A stretch of DNA of 41,838 bases from the IMG/VR virus record IMGVR_UViG_3300033232_000028, positions 1-41,838 of that record. One strand, 5' to 3'. The notes under the pieces were generated by a model. It did not search any database, was not told the origin of the DNA, and saw only the letters and a list, made by a program, of their open reading frames with translations. Positions 8,207-16,083 of this stretch are shown here, one piece after another (positions within the stretch are counted from its first letter, which is position 1; every line of letters starts with the position of its first letter). Source of the DNA: a virus. Made by a program: the position numbers and the translations under genes.

Positions 8207-9105
8207 TTAGTTGCATCCTTTCTAGCTTTCAGATTAGCAAATGCTCGTTCAGCAGGAGTCTGATGTACAGAAGAAGTAACAGCAGCTGGAGTTTGAACAG
8301 TCGCATCCCTTGCAAATGTAGCACCAGTAAAAATCGGAAGTAGTGAGGGGATTGCAAGCTTCTCTATCTCAAAGTCAGTGCGGCTTTTAGTGAGCACATT
8401 AGGTAATGCAGTTGAAGAAGAAAATGCTACATGCTTTCTGTTTCTTACATCACAGTACACTACGTGCCCAAATGCTTTAGCTACTTCAGTGCTCATTGCA
8501 GCAGATCCGAATGTAGGAACTAGTTTAGTTTTCCCATCTTCCATTGCGGCTTCCTGTGCATGAAAGATTACAACAAGATTAAATGTTGCTGCTTGCATCT
8601 GAGATAGTGCAAACTCCGTATGCTTACGCAATGATCCCCAATCATCACGCTCAGGTTTAGCATCTACTGGCTTAGCTTTCATTATGTGGGCAAGGATTGA
8701 ATTGCTCCACTGAGTACCAGAGTCTATCACGACAATATCGTTGCTGTCAAGTAGGCTAAAGTCTAATATATCGAATGCTGTAGGATTAGCTTTAGTACAG
8801 ATTGCACAAGAATTCTTACCGTGAATATGACAAATATTAGCCTTACCTGCTCGGAACAGCGTAGCAAGAGTATCTGCTGCTATTGGATATGAGGCGCTAT
8901 CGGGAAGTCTGATCAGATCAATGTTAGCTTGTTGCGCAGGTGAGAGTTTAAGTAGTGTCTCTGCTCCGTTCTCAATGTCAAGCCAATGCAGTCGATACAT
9001 AGAGGAGAGTTCAGCTACTAGAGTTGTTTTACCGCTGCCTGGTAATCCTACCACAGCTACTCGCTGAGGCATGGATGACCCTGCAAAGCTATCAGAGAGT
9101 TTCAT
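8203..9105 (-). CDS. AAA_24/Sak4-like ATPase (RecA-fold recombination/replication accessory)
   Basis: Walker A is VVGLPGSGKTT. VVIDSGT, DWG, NLVVIFHAQE and KSRTDF follow in the order typical of AAA_24. There is a Cys/His insertion, CHIHGKNSCAIC. Confidence 0.7.
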   Translation of the reverse strand: MKLSDSFAGSSMPQRVAVVGLPGSGKTTLVAELSSMYRLHWLDIENGAETLLKLSPAQQANIDLIRLPDSASYPIAADTLATLFRAGKANICHIHGKNSCAICTKANPTAFDILDFSLLDSNDIVVIDSGTQWSNSILAHIMKAKPVDAKPERDDWGSLRKHTEFALSQMQAATFNLVVIFHAQEAAMEDGKTKLVPTFGSAAMSTEVAKAFGHVVYCDVRNRKHVAFSSSTALPNVLTKSRTDFEIEKLAIPSLLPIFTGATFARDATVQTPAAVTSSVHQTPAERAFANLKARKDATK

Positions 9106-9117
9106 TAGATGTACTCC

Positions 9118-9396
9118 TTATGATGCAGTTGATGTTGCTGCCATGTGTTGATAGATTAATTTCATGCCATTGATGTCTTTAGCAACCTGAGTTGTAATGG
9201 ATTCATTAGCTTTTGCTACAGCAGATGCTCCAAGTATAAAGGCAGCATACAGGAGAGCAGATGGAAGTTCCTTGTCTGGGTTAGATTCTTGTAGCTGCTC
9301 AATGTAAGTAGAAAAGACTGCAAGTAGCTTGTTGTTAGCTTCAATTGCTTCGATTGCTTCAGGAGTGAGAGGAGGTTGGTTGGATGGCTGTGTCAT
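9118..9396 (-). CDS. Hypothetical protein (92 aa)
   Basis: ORF with an AAGGA upstream. No recognisable motif. Confidence 0.5.
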   Translation of the reverse strand: MTQPSNQPPLTPEAIEAIEANNKLLAVFSTYIEQLQESNPDKELPSALLYAAFILGASAVAKANESITTQVAKDINGMKLIYQHMAATSTAS

Positions 9397-9431
9397 GGTA
9401 TTGGGTATCCTTTTAGAGGTAATTACTAAAT

Positions 9432-9464
9432 TTAGGTTGTACTTAGGTTGTACTTAGGTTGTAC
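9432..9464. repeat. Tandem repeat (ttaggttgtac)x3
   Basis: Three perfect 11-bp units. The first unit on the minus strand encodes the last codons and the TAA stop of the nuclease gene. Confidence 0.95.
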
Positions 9465-10392
9465 TCTTAGCCAGCTGTGCTTCAATTAAATCTTCCACAC
9501 TGAGTGAGATGTGGAATGCTGCATGATCTTCTAGAATCTTAACTTCTTGCTCCTGGGTAATTGGAACAGTCAGCAAGGATGTTGAGAGTGTGCATGTATT
9601 AAGATAGTCACACTCCCGATAGTAATTGAAACAAGATTCTCCATGCATAGGATAGACTCCAGCACTCTCGTAGAGTCTAATTGTCTCACAGTCCAGAAGA
9701 AGTTCCTGAATCCAGAGAGCGCGTTGCAGGTAACTCTTTTTAAAAGGTAGAGGGAAGTACTCTCTACTCTTAGTCATGTATACAAGATAGAGTACTTCAT
9801 AAGCTGAGAGTGAGGGGAACAATACATCAAGTACAATGCTGTATCCAATTGCTTGCGCTGAGTTCTTAAATGTGGCAGGGTTAATTGATGCAGAGCCTGT
9901 AGTCTTAACTTCCAGAATCTTAATTGCACCAGTAACTTTATGCCTCAATACAGCATCCACATAGCCACGGTATTTAAATCCATTAGGTAGATGAATGATG
10001 AAGGAGAGTTCTACTGCTGGAACTTCTGTGTCTGAATCTGCTGGAGTATAATACACTAACTCGTAATCATCTAGCAGAGTTGACTCACGCACATACTGGA
10101 ACCGCTCAATTGCAAGCATTGCTTCCCAGAAAGACTTACGCATCTTAGTATCTTCTGCCATTAAGTCTGCTTCCCAAGTAAGGAATGCATTCCAGTAGAT
10201 GGTATCTAAGTCCTTATGCTGGAGTACATCTTGAAGTCCTGCTCCTACTACATGGCCAAGAGAGAATGTTACTTGAGACTTTTCATCTACACTAGCCCTA
10301 GCAGTTCCAAGCTTAGATAGTTGGAACTTCCTTGGACAGGCGTGGAGTAGGAGGTTAGAGGAATAGCTGAGTTGTTTGAGTCTTGTGTCCAT
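9454..10392 (-). CDS. PD-(D/E)XK nuclease, Cas4/RecB-like with a 4-Cys cluster
   Basis: N-terminal HACPRKF. The nuclease core is GYVDAV...ILEVKT, with a QAIGY motif. The C-terminal cysteines are CFNYYRECDYLNTC. Confidence 0.8.
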   Translation of the reverse strand: MDTRLKQLSYSSNLLLHACPRKFQLSKLGTARASVDEKSQVTFSLGHVVGAGLQDVLQHKDLDTIYWNAFLTWEADLMAEDTKMRKSFWEAMLAIERFQYVRESTLLDDYELVYYTPADSDTEVPAVELSFIIHLPNGFKYRGYVDAVLRHKVTGAIKILEVKTTGSASINPATFKNSAQAIGYSIVLDVLFPSLSAYEVLYLVYMTKSREYFPLPFKKSYLQRALWIQELLLDCETIRLYESAGVYPMHGESCFNYYRECDYLNTCTLSTSLLTVPITQEQEVKILEDHAAFHISLSVEDLIEAQLAKSTT

Positions 10393-10811
10393 GATAGGTA
10401 TGATATCATCCAGTTAAGCACTTCTTTTTGAATGTGATACCTGCAACAGCAACGTAGATACCAGAGAGCGTGAGAGAATATACGGAATTTAAAGCTATTA
10501 AGTTTAGTTGAATGTGCTTTATCTACATAATTCCACACTGTCATAATATGCTCAGGAGGGAAGTCAACGTGCGAAGACATAATATGATTAACTACTGGGA
10601 GAGATAATCCCCAAAGCCTAAATTTAGTTATATCTTCAGCCTCGTCTATAATCCCAGAGTTTATGATTGCAATTACAAGATATACATCGAGATGTGGATC
10701 ATATTCACCAAGAGGGTGTGTAAGTGCAGGTTTAGACTCTTTAAGTGCAGCAATCTTTGATCTATCAATCTTAACTTGATTAGTTGAGGAGATCATGAGA
10801 GTTTCTTTCAA
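10287..10811 (-). CDS. Hypothetical protein (track start TTG 10811; ATG at 10796 more likely)
   Basis: The ORF overlaps the well-supported nuclease start by 106 nt in another frame, so the true 3' end is uncertain. Confidence 0.4.
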   Translation of the reverse strand: MKETLMISSTNQVKIDRSKIAALKESKPALTHPLGEYDPHLDVYLVIAIINSGIIDEAEDITKFRLWGLSLPVVNHIMSSHVDFPPEHIMTVWNYVDKAHSTKLNSFKFRIFSHALWYLRCCCRYHIQKEVLNWMISYLSWTQDSNNSAIPLTSYSTPVQGSSNYLSLELLGLV

Positions 10812-11094
10812 TCACAGCCACACTAAGATACTTCTCTTTCATGAGTTCTAGAATTTTTATCAATGCTTCAGATGTTGCAGCTTGTGATGCAGGTACAGGA
10901 ATTGCAAGTCTCAATGAGATATCCTCATACAAGGCAATGAATACCATAAGAAGGACTTGAGCTACTTTTTTAGGTGCAGCCGGGTCTAGGTTATCACAAA
11001 GATAACCACGAATGTGACCTTCAGTTCCAATGTTACAAGGTAAATCAAACACGGATTTAACTATACGGAGAGGGGCTGGCTGTAAGTGTTTCAC
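10780..11094 (-). CDS. Hypothetical protein (104 aa, GTG start)
   Basis: GGGAGA lies upstream of the GTG. No recognisable motif. Confidence 0.45.
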   Translation of the reverse strand: MKHLQPAPLRIVKSVFDLPCNIGTEGHIRGYLCDNLDPAAPKKVAQVLLMVFIALYEDISLRLAIPVPASQAATSEALIKILELMKEKYLSVAVIERNSHDLLN

Positions 11095-11109
11095 CGCAGT
11101 ATCTCCCTG

Positions 11110-11409
11110 TCAGAAGTCATCAAGGTCAAGATTTTTAAGAGCTTTCTTCTTAGGTTTAGATACTTCAACTAGATGGATCTTAGTTACATGCTGGAGTCCA
11201 GAGACAATTACTTTAATCTCTGATTCCTCAAGAAGGGTTACTACCTCAGGATCCGCTTTAAGTTGAGTATGGATTGTACGTAGGAGGGAAGGAATTAGAG
11301 GGTGAGCAGAAAGAAGATGTGCTTGAAGTGCTGCAATCTTTTCTTTAATGTCATCCACTCCAGATAGCATTGTAGTTGTTGATGTTGATGGCGCAGTTGC
11401 TGTGTTCAT
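11110..11409 (-). CDS. Hypothetical protein (99 aa) with an acidic-aromatic C-terminus ...LDLDDF
   Basis: ORF in the tightly packed operon. The C-terminal tail was read from the track translation. Confidence 0.55.
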   Translation of the reverse strand: MNTATAPSTSTTTMLSGVDDIKEKIAALQAHLLSAHPLIPSLLRTIHTQLKADPEVVTLLEESEIKVIVSGLQHVTKIHLVEVSKPKKKALKNLDLDDF

Positions 11410-11410
11410 T

Positions 11411-11647
11411 TCATAGATCCTCAGGTGAAAGATATAGTTTCAATCTAAAAAAGATCATGTTACCTTCACTTTTTGAAAGTACCTTTGCATTCCTATTTGC
11501 TTCAGCTAATTCATACCTGAATCCAGTGTCCATAGTTCTCTCTTTCAGGACAGCTTTAATTAGGCGTGCATGTAGATGTGCTGGATGCACAACTGTGACA
11601 CGTTTCTTTTGTTTTAACTGTAGCCAAATAGGAGTGTACTTACGCAT
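11411..11647 (-). CDS. Hypothetical basic protein (78 aa)
   Basis: ORF abutting the next gene. No recognisable motif. Confidence 0.5.
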   Translation of the reverse strand: MRKYTPIWLQLKQKKRVTVVHPAHLHARLIKAVLKERTMDTGFRYELAEANRNAKVLSKSEGNMIFFRLKLYLSPEDL

Positions 11648-11673
11648 TGGGTGATGATGTAATAATAACTACT

Positions 11674-11700
11674 GATTGGATTGAGCGATTGAGCGATTTG
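11674..11700. repeat. Imperfect tandem repeat (gattgagc), about 3 copies
   Basis: gattg-gattgagc-gattgagc-gatttg, in the spacer between 11708..11851 and 11411..11647. Confidence 0.8.
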
Positions 11701-11707
11701 AATTATG

Positions 11708-11851
11708 TTACTTCATAGTGTTGTGGCCAAGCCAGAGCATTACCCCTAGGATGCCAAGGAATATAACTATTCCGAAGAAAGCTTCAATAGGATTCGGTTT
11801 AGTGGCAGAGATAAGTACAAGGATAATGAAAGGTATGAGATACTTTAACAT
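11708..11851 (-). CDS. Small membrane protein (47 aa, two hydrophobic segments)
   Basis: ATG at 11851 is preceded by GGAAAGGAGAAG. The track start at 11908 is a GTG extension. The sequence is MLKYLIPFIILVLISA...FFGIVIFLGILGVMLWL. Confidence 0.6.
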   Translation of the reverse strand: MLKYLIPFIILVLISATKPNPIEAFFGIVIFLGILGVMLWLGHNTMK

Positions 11852-12036
11852 AATTGCTTCTCCTTTCCTATCACCACTACAGTACCGAGTTGTCCAGACC
11901 GCGAACACTGTAATGGATCAAGGAAAACACACCAACTAATTATAACGCTACAACTTACACTTCACGTTTCATTAGGCGATGTTACTGTAAGTTTGCACTG
12001 ACTTCAAGTTGAGCGGTCAGATAAAACTCTCTCAGC

Positions 12037-12711
12037 TTACAGATTAGCCAGCAGTTCTTCCTCCGACATATTCATCAACTTATCAGCCTTTTCAGTCAGG
12101 AAGTTAATGCACTCGACATACTGTTCTGCATTCGTTGCGCCTTCAGTATAGATACCGAGTTGATCCACCAGCAGACCCAAGACTTTCTTGTTGGTTTTAA
12201 CAGCAGCAAACTTGTTAGCAAAGTTACGAGCTGCATTCTCCACTTTGTCCACAGTCTTACCAGTGAGCGAAGGCATAACAGCGATGTAGTCTTTGATAAA
12301 CTCTTCCCACGTTTCTTTGGGAATACCGCCGCCACGACGTTCTGCTTTCGGCAGCGATGCAATCTTATCCCACAACAGCTCCTCATACGGGAAACTAGTT
12401 GCATCAATATCTTCGTTCTCATTAATAATTTCACGAGCACGACTAACAACAACATCGGCAGCAGCTTCAAGCAGAAGTTCCAGACCTTTACCGCCAGTTT
12501 CCAGAATCTTAACAAGACCTTCAACCGAAGGCTTCAAGACTGGGAGAGTAATAGTCGGACGCTTGTACTCAACACCAGTCTTTTCATCGGTGACTTTACG
12601 GAAAGAGAAGTTAACCTCTTGCACATCCACAGTGTTATCGAAGTTAGCTTGCACATCAGATACTGCAGGAGTAGAGGAGGGAGCAGCGGGGTTTTGGTTT
12701 TCTTCAGACAT
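12037..12711 (-). CDS. Highly expressed standalone hypothetical protein (224 aa)
   Basis: ATG at 12711 follows AAAGGA. A consensus promoter lies about 100 nt upstream of the ATG. Codon usage is CTG/CGT-rich like the capsid gene, and four of six frames are open across it. Confidence 0.8.
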   Translation of the reverse strand: MSEENQNPAAPSSTPAVSDVQANFDNTVDVQEVNFSFRKVTDEKTGVEYKRPTITLPVLKPSVEGLVKILETGGKGLELLLEAAADVVVSRAREIINENEDIDATSFPYEELLWDKIASLPKAERRGGGIPKETWEEFIKDYIAVMPSLTGKTVDKVENAARNFANKFAAVKTNKKVLGLLVDQLGIYTEGATNAEQYVECINFLTEKADKLMNMSEEELLANL

Positions 12712-12808
12712 TTTAATTCCTTTCAATTGAAGTTAGAAACAACGTTGTTGGAAGCGGGGTTTAGAATGGAATTAAGCAAGAGGCTTCCGTTGCTCAATCC
12801 ATACATGC

Positions 12809-12837
12809 ATTATGCCATAGAGGCCGGAGGATGTCAA
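12809..12837 (-). promoter_or_regulatory. Near-consensus sigma70-type promoter, TTGACA-N17-CATAAT
   Basis: The minus strand reads TTGACA (12837-12832), a 17-nt spacer, then CATAAT (12814-12809). It sits in the 153-nt spacer upstream of 12037..12711. Confidence 0.8.
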
Positions 12838-12864
12838 CCCCTGTCGGATAATGATGTATCTTGA

Positions 12865-13071
12865 TTACTTTGCAATCTCTTTAGATGTAATCAATCCTAG
12901 ATCAACAAAGTATTCAAGCATGTAATGCGCATACTCAATTATGAACTCATGCCCTTCGTAATTAAGTATGTGATGCCCTTCATTACATGATTTATTATAT
13001 AGAACTAGGAAGTCTAAGGCTTTCTTCCTGTTCCATTTGATTACAAGGTATGCAGGTTTGATTGTTGTCAT
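12865..13071 (-). CDS. Hypothetical protein (68 aa from ATG 13071)
   Basis: GGAGAGGAG lies upstream. ATGA overlap with the upstream stop. The track start is the TTG at 13092. Confidence 0.5.
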   Translation of the reverse strand: MTTIKPAYLVIKWNRKKALDFLVLYNKSCNEGHHILNYEGHEFIIEYAHYMLEYFVDLGLITSKEIAK

Positions 13072-13304
13072 GACTCTATTACTCCTCTCCAATGTGTAGG
13101 TGGATGCACTGTTTCAACTTCATGTGATTCTCTAATTGCACTTTCAACAGTTACAACAAAGAGTCCCCAGTATCCATTCTTATATCGTTGGTAGCCTCCT
13201 GTAGTTATATGATCTTTAACCTCATAGATACCTTCATTAACTGGAGGTGTAGATGCAGGAATCCAATCAGATAGCACAACTTCCACTAGGTTATTTAAAT
13301 CCAT
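13068..13304 (-). CDS. Hypothetical protein, DUF551-like (W..P...PP motif)
   Basis: The N-terminus SDWIPASTPPVNEGIYEV resembles DUF551. AAGGGG RBS. Confidence 0.5.
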   Translation of the reverse strand: MDLNNLVEVVLSDWIPASTPPVNEGIYEVKDHITTGGYQRYKNGYWGLFVVTVESAIRESHEVETVHPPTHWRGVIES

Positions 13305-13315
13305 TGATTTTCCCC

Positions 13316-13552
13316 TTAGCGTCTATTAAATCCTTGCTCTGATCTGTCTGACCATTTGCAGTTATCTTTACAGTAGTTTCTATTAACTTCCTTTCTATCA
13401 AGTGTAGTTGTCTCAGCTTCAAATACTTTTCCACACAAGCATAGGCATTCCCAATAAGTAGTCCACTTCTTTCGTTTAGGTTCATATACTTTGCGAGAGA
13501 GTGATGGCACACTGATATCACCTAATTGAGTACCTGCTAATTTGTAAGTCAT
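13316..13552 (-). CDS. Small zinc-ribbon-like protein (78 aa)
   Basis: The pattern L.G...G...V....W.C.C.CG....L......C...C is common in small phage proteins. I prefer it over the overlapping frame 13291..13521. Confidence 0.55.
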   Translation of the reverse strand: MTYKLAGTQLGDISVPSLSRKVYEPKRKKWTTYWECLCLCGKVFEAETTTLDRKEVNRNYCKDNCKWSDRSEQGFNRR

Positions 13553-13639
13553 TAAAGTTTCTGCCTTCTGTAATGGATAAGCTTCTACTATTTACAAAAG
13601 GCAGAGTATTTTAATACTTAGGGTTCCAACTCATCTCAT

Positions 13640-15412
13640 TCAATTACCTAGGTACCTGCCCTTAAAGAACTCTGCTTTCTCAGCAAGAGTGTTACCTTTG
13701 ATCTTCTGACTGATTACACCTTTAACAAATGTATCAGGCTCACAAATAACATAGACTTCTGAGCGTGCTCGGGTGAGAGCAGTATACAGAAGCTCACGCT
13801 GTAGCATGGTAGCATGTGATTGATGCAGCATTACAAATACTTTCTCCCACTCAGCACCTTGAGACTTATGTACTGTGAGAGCGTACCCATGCAGCATAGA
13901 ATTAACTTCACTTGCTGTTTCTAGTGTGACTTCTTCACCAGAATCAATCATCTGAACTGTGATAATGTGAGAGGCAGCTGTTACTCTAGCTTCACCATTA
14001 GAGGTTGATGACATTTCAGATAGCATCTTCTCTACATCTTCCTCTGTAAGTCCAAGCTCATTAGCTGCTGTTACTTCACGAGCAGCTAGTATTGCTTCTT
14101 CTGAACCTTGTTCACACCCCCAATAATCTAGAGTCGGTGAAGCTGGCTTAGGCTTCTTAGTTCCTGTGTATGATGCATTCTTATTGATTGATACTATGAT
14201 CGCATCTTCTTTATCATACATTACTCGATCACCTGGAGAAAAGTAATGAAATAAGAAACCTGCAATTACTTCATAAGTTGTTGCACCTCTCTTTCTTGCC
14301 AGATGATTAGCAATGTTTTTATTTAATTCTAGTGTACCGAATGATTTATTAAATGGACACAGTACAATGTGTTCTTCTGGATCATAGGCTCCTAGATCAA
14401 TTGCTTGCTTAAGGAATGCAGCAGCAGTAGCTAGAGCATCTTCACCTCGTAATTGTTTCTTCCAAGGATGAAATGTAATCTTACCATCTTCAGTTTGTTC
14501 AACGTGTTTGGATTTAAAACTGAATGTCTCTCCATTTTTAATTGCTGTAGCGTACTTAATGATAGGAGAATTAGCTGCTTGTCTGTAAATCTCTGTTAGT
14601 TCGATTACAGGCAATTCTTGCATCCGATAGCCTAGAACAGCTGAACCAAATACTGGGGGCAGCTGATTGATATCTCCTAGATAAATCTTTTGTACGTGGT
14701 GAGGGGATGCTATATTAATCTCTTCTTCAAGTTCAAGAGATACCATTGATGCTTCATCAATCACAATAGTTTTAATTGATTGATCTAATGGGTTGCGTGA
14801 AGATCGTGATGGAACAAATCGCATAGTTTTCTTATCTTCACCTGTTTCAGGATCAAATACTTCATAGTATTCAGGTTGATATTCAAGTAACTTATGGATT
14901 GTGATGCAGTTGTCTTTGAAGTCAGCGCTAACAGCTCGTTTAAGATTATTAACTGCGCGCCTAGTAAATGATGTTAGCACTACTGAAGGCGTACCAATTG
15001 GAAGATATTTATGTACACCTTCTAATTGTACTGCTCCAACTTTCTGTGCAAGTGCAGCAATTACAGCTTTGATACAAGTAGTTTTACCTGTACCTGCTGC
15101 TCCAATTAGAACACAATCAGCTCCAGAGAGAACTAGATTCATAAACTCTTGCTGGCGCTGATTTAATACAATGTCTCCAGAAAACTGCGCATGAGGAATG
15201 AGAGTCTCAGCAGCTTGTTTGAGTGCTGTATCTACAGAAGTTGAGTCTACAGAAGTTACAGATGCCACTTTAGATAGGTCTATATGTACTCCTGGGAGTG
15301 TAGATTGCTCTCTAGATTGCTCTCTAGATTGCTGAAGTTTCTTAAGTGCTTGGGCGGCTCTAGCTTTAGCTAGTAATTCAGCTAGAGGAGTTGGTCTCAT
15401 TGAGGTACTCAT
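13640..15412 (-). CDS. SF1 helicase, RecD/Dda-like
   Basis: Walker A is LIGAAGTGKTT and Walker B is IVIDEASMV. Also present are LGDINQLPPV and the C-terminal TVHKSQGAEW, LYTALTRA motifs. Confidence 0.9.
   Translation of the reverse strand: MSTSMRPTPLAELLAKARAAQALKKLQQSREQSREQSTLPGVHIDLSKVASVTSVDSTSVDTALKQAAETLIPHAQFSGDIVLNQRQQEFMNLVLSGADCVLIGAAGTGKTTCIKAVIAALAQKVGAVQLEGVHKYLPIGTPSVVLTSFTRRAVNNLKRAVSADFKDNCITIHKLLEYQPEYYEVFDPETGEDKKTMRFVPSRSSRNPLDQSIKTIVIDEASMVSLELEEEINIASPHHVQKIYLGDINQLPPVFGSAVLGYRMQELPVIELTEIYRQAANSPIIKYATAIKNGETFSFKSKHVEQTEDGKITFHPWKKQLRGEDALATAAAFLKQAIDLGAYDPEEHIVLCPFNKSFGTLELNKNIANHLARKRGATTYEVIAGFLFHYFSPGDRVMYDKEDAIIVSINKNASYTGTKKPKPASPTLDYWGCEQGSEEAILAAREVTAANELGLTEEDVEKMLSEMSSTSNGEARVTAASHIITVQMIDSGEEVTLETASEVNSMLHGYALTVHKSQGAEWEKVFVMLHQSHATMLQRELLYTALTRARSEVYVICEPDTFVKGVISQKIKGNTLAEKAEFFKGRYLGN
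15301..15334. repeat. In-frame tandem repeat (tagattgctctc), about 2.8 copies
   Basis: Encodes SREQSREQS in the helicase N-terminus. A second 12-bp pair (tctacagaagtt) lies at 15231-15258. Confidence 0.9.
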
Positions 15413-15675
15413 AGTGTATTAACTCCTTTTACTTTACCTGTTGCATGCAGGTGGCAGATGTTATAGTGTCGTACTTTCTTCTTAGGTGTCCAGTGCGCGT
15501 GCTTACATGTAAGTATATCAACAGGTTTAGTTGGTGCTGGAAAGTAGGAACAAGTTAAACAAGAGTGTCCATCGCGCATGAGTGCTTGCACGCGAGAGTT
15601 ATTTGTTACTGTCTCACTTTTTTGTGCAGCATCTACTGCGTGATTAGCTAGGATATATTTAGAAGTTGGTCGCAT
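15409..15675 (-). CDS. Cys/His-rich small protein (88 aa)
   Basis: CLTC...CKH...CHLH pattern. ATGA overlap with the helicase start. Confidence 0.55.
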   Translation of the reverse strand: MRPTSKYILANHAVDAAQKSETVTNNSRVQALMRDGHSCLTCSYFPAPTKPVDILTCKHAHWTPKKKVRHYNICHLHATGKVKGVNTL

Positions 15676-15689
15676 TAGATGTTTATACC

Positions 15690-16064
15690 TTAAGTTTTTC
15701 TTGCTCGAATATGGACACTAGAGGCTGATACTAGAACAGTTGGATGTAAGCCTTCATATGAATGCAATGGTACTCTGAACGAGAGGGCTACCTGAGCAGT
15801 TGATGCCGCAATACAATCAGCTAGGGTACACTTATGAAAGATTACTCTAAATAGCCTTCCATCTTTATAAATAGCTCCACCTCCAGCATCTAATTGGGTC
15901 AATAAGTGTGATGTTTCCCAATACAGAATGAAATGATGCAGGAGACAAGAATCTCGTACTGCTACAGGTACACTCCACTCAGTCTGAATGATCTTTTTAA
16001 TGTGAGAGATTCTATGAGAAGGGATTACATTGTGAAGATTTAGTTTATTAATTTGATTATGCAT
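15690..16064 (-). CDS. Hypothetical protein (124 aa)
   Basis: ORF in the packed operon. No recognisable motif. Confidence 0.5.
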   Translation of the reverse strand: MHNQINKLNLHNVIPSHRISHIKKIIQTEWSVPVAVRDSCLLHHFILYWETSHLLTQLDAGGGAIYKDGRLFRVIFHKCTLADCIAASTAQVALSFRVPLHSYEGLHPTVLVSASSVHIRARKT

Positions 16065-16083
16065 CTTGTGGCTCTCCCTCTAT

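Noticed and set aside
12096-12864. Three extra long ORFs (12160..12864 +, 12293..12730 +, 12096..12524 -) over the 12037..12711 gene
   Set aside because: The sense gene has a promoter, an RBS and plausible protein composition. The others are stop-depleted shadow frames caused by its codon bias.
13291-13521. A 76-aa ORF overlapping 13316..13552 in another frame
   Set aside because: The alternative frame encodes a recognisable zinc-ribbon-like pattern and connects properly to the RBS of the next gene.
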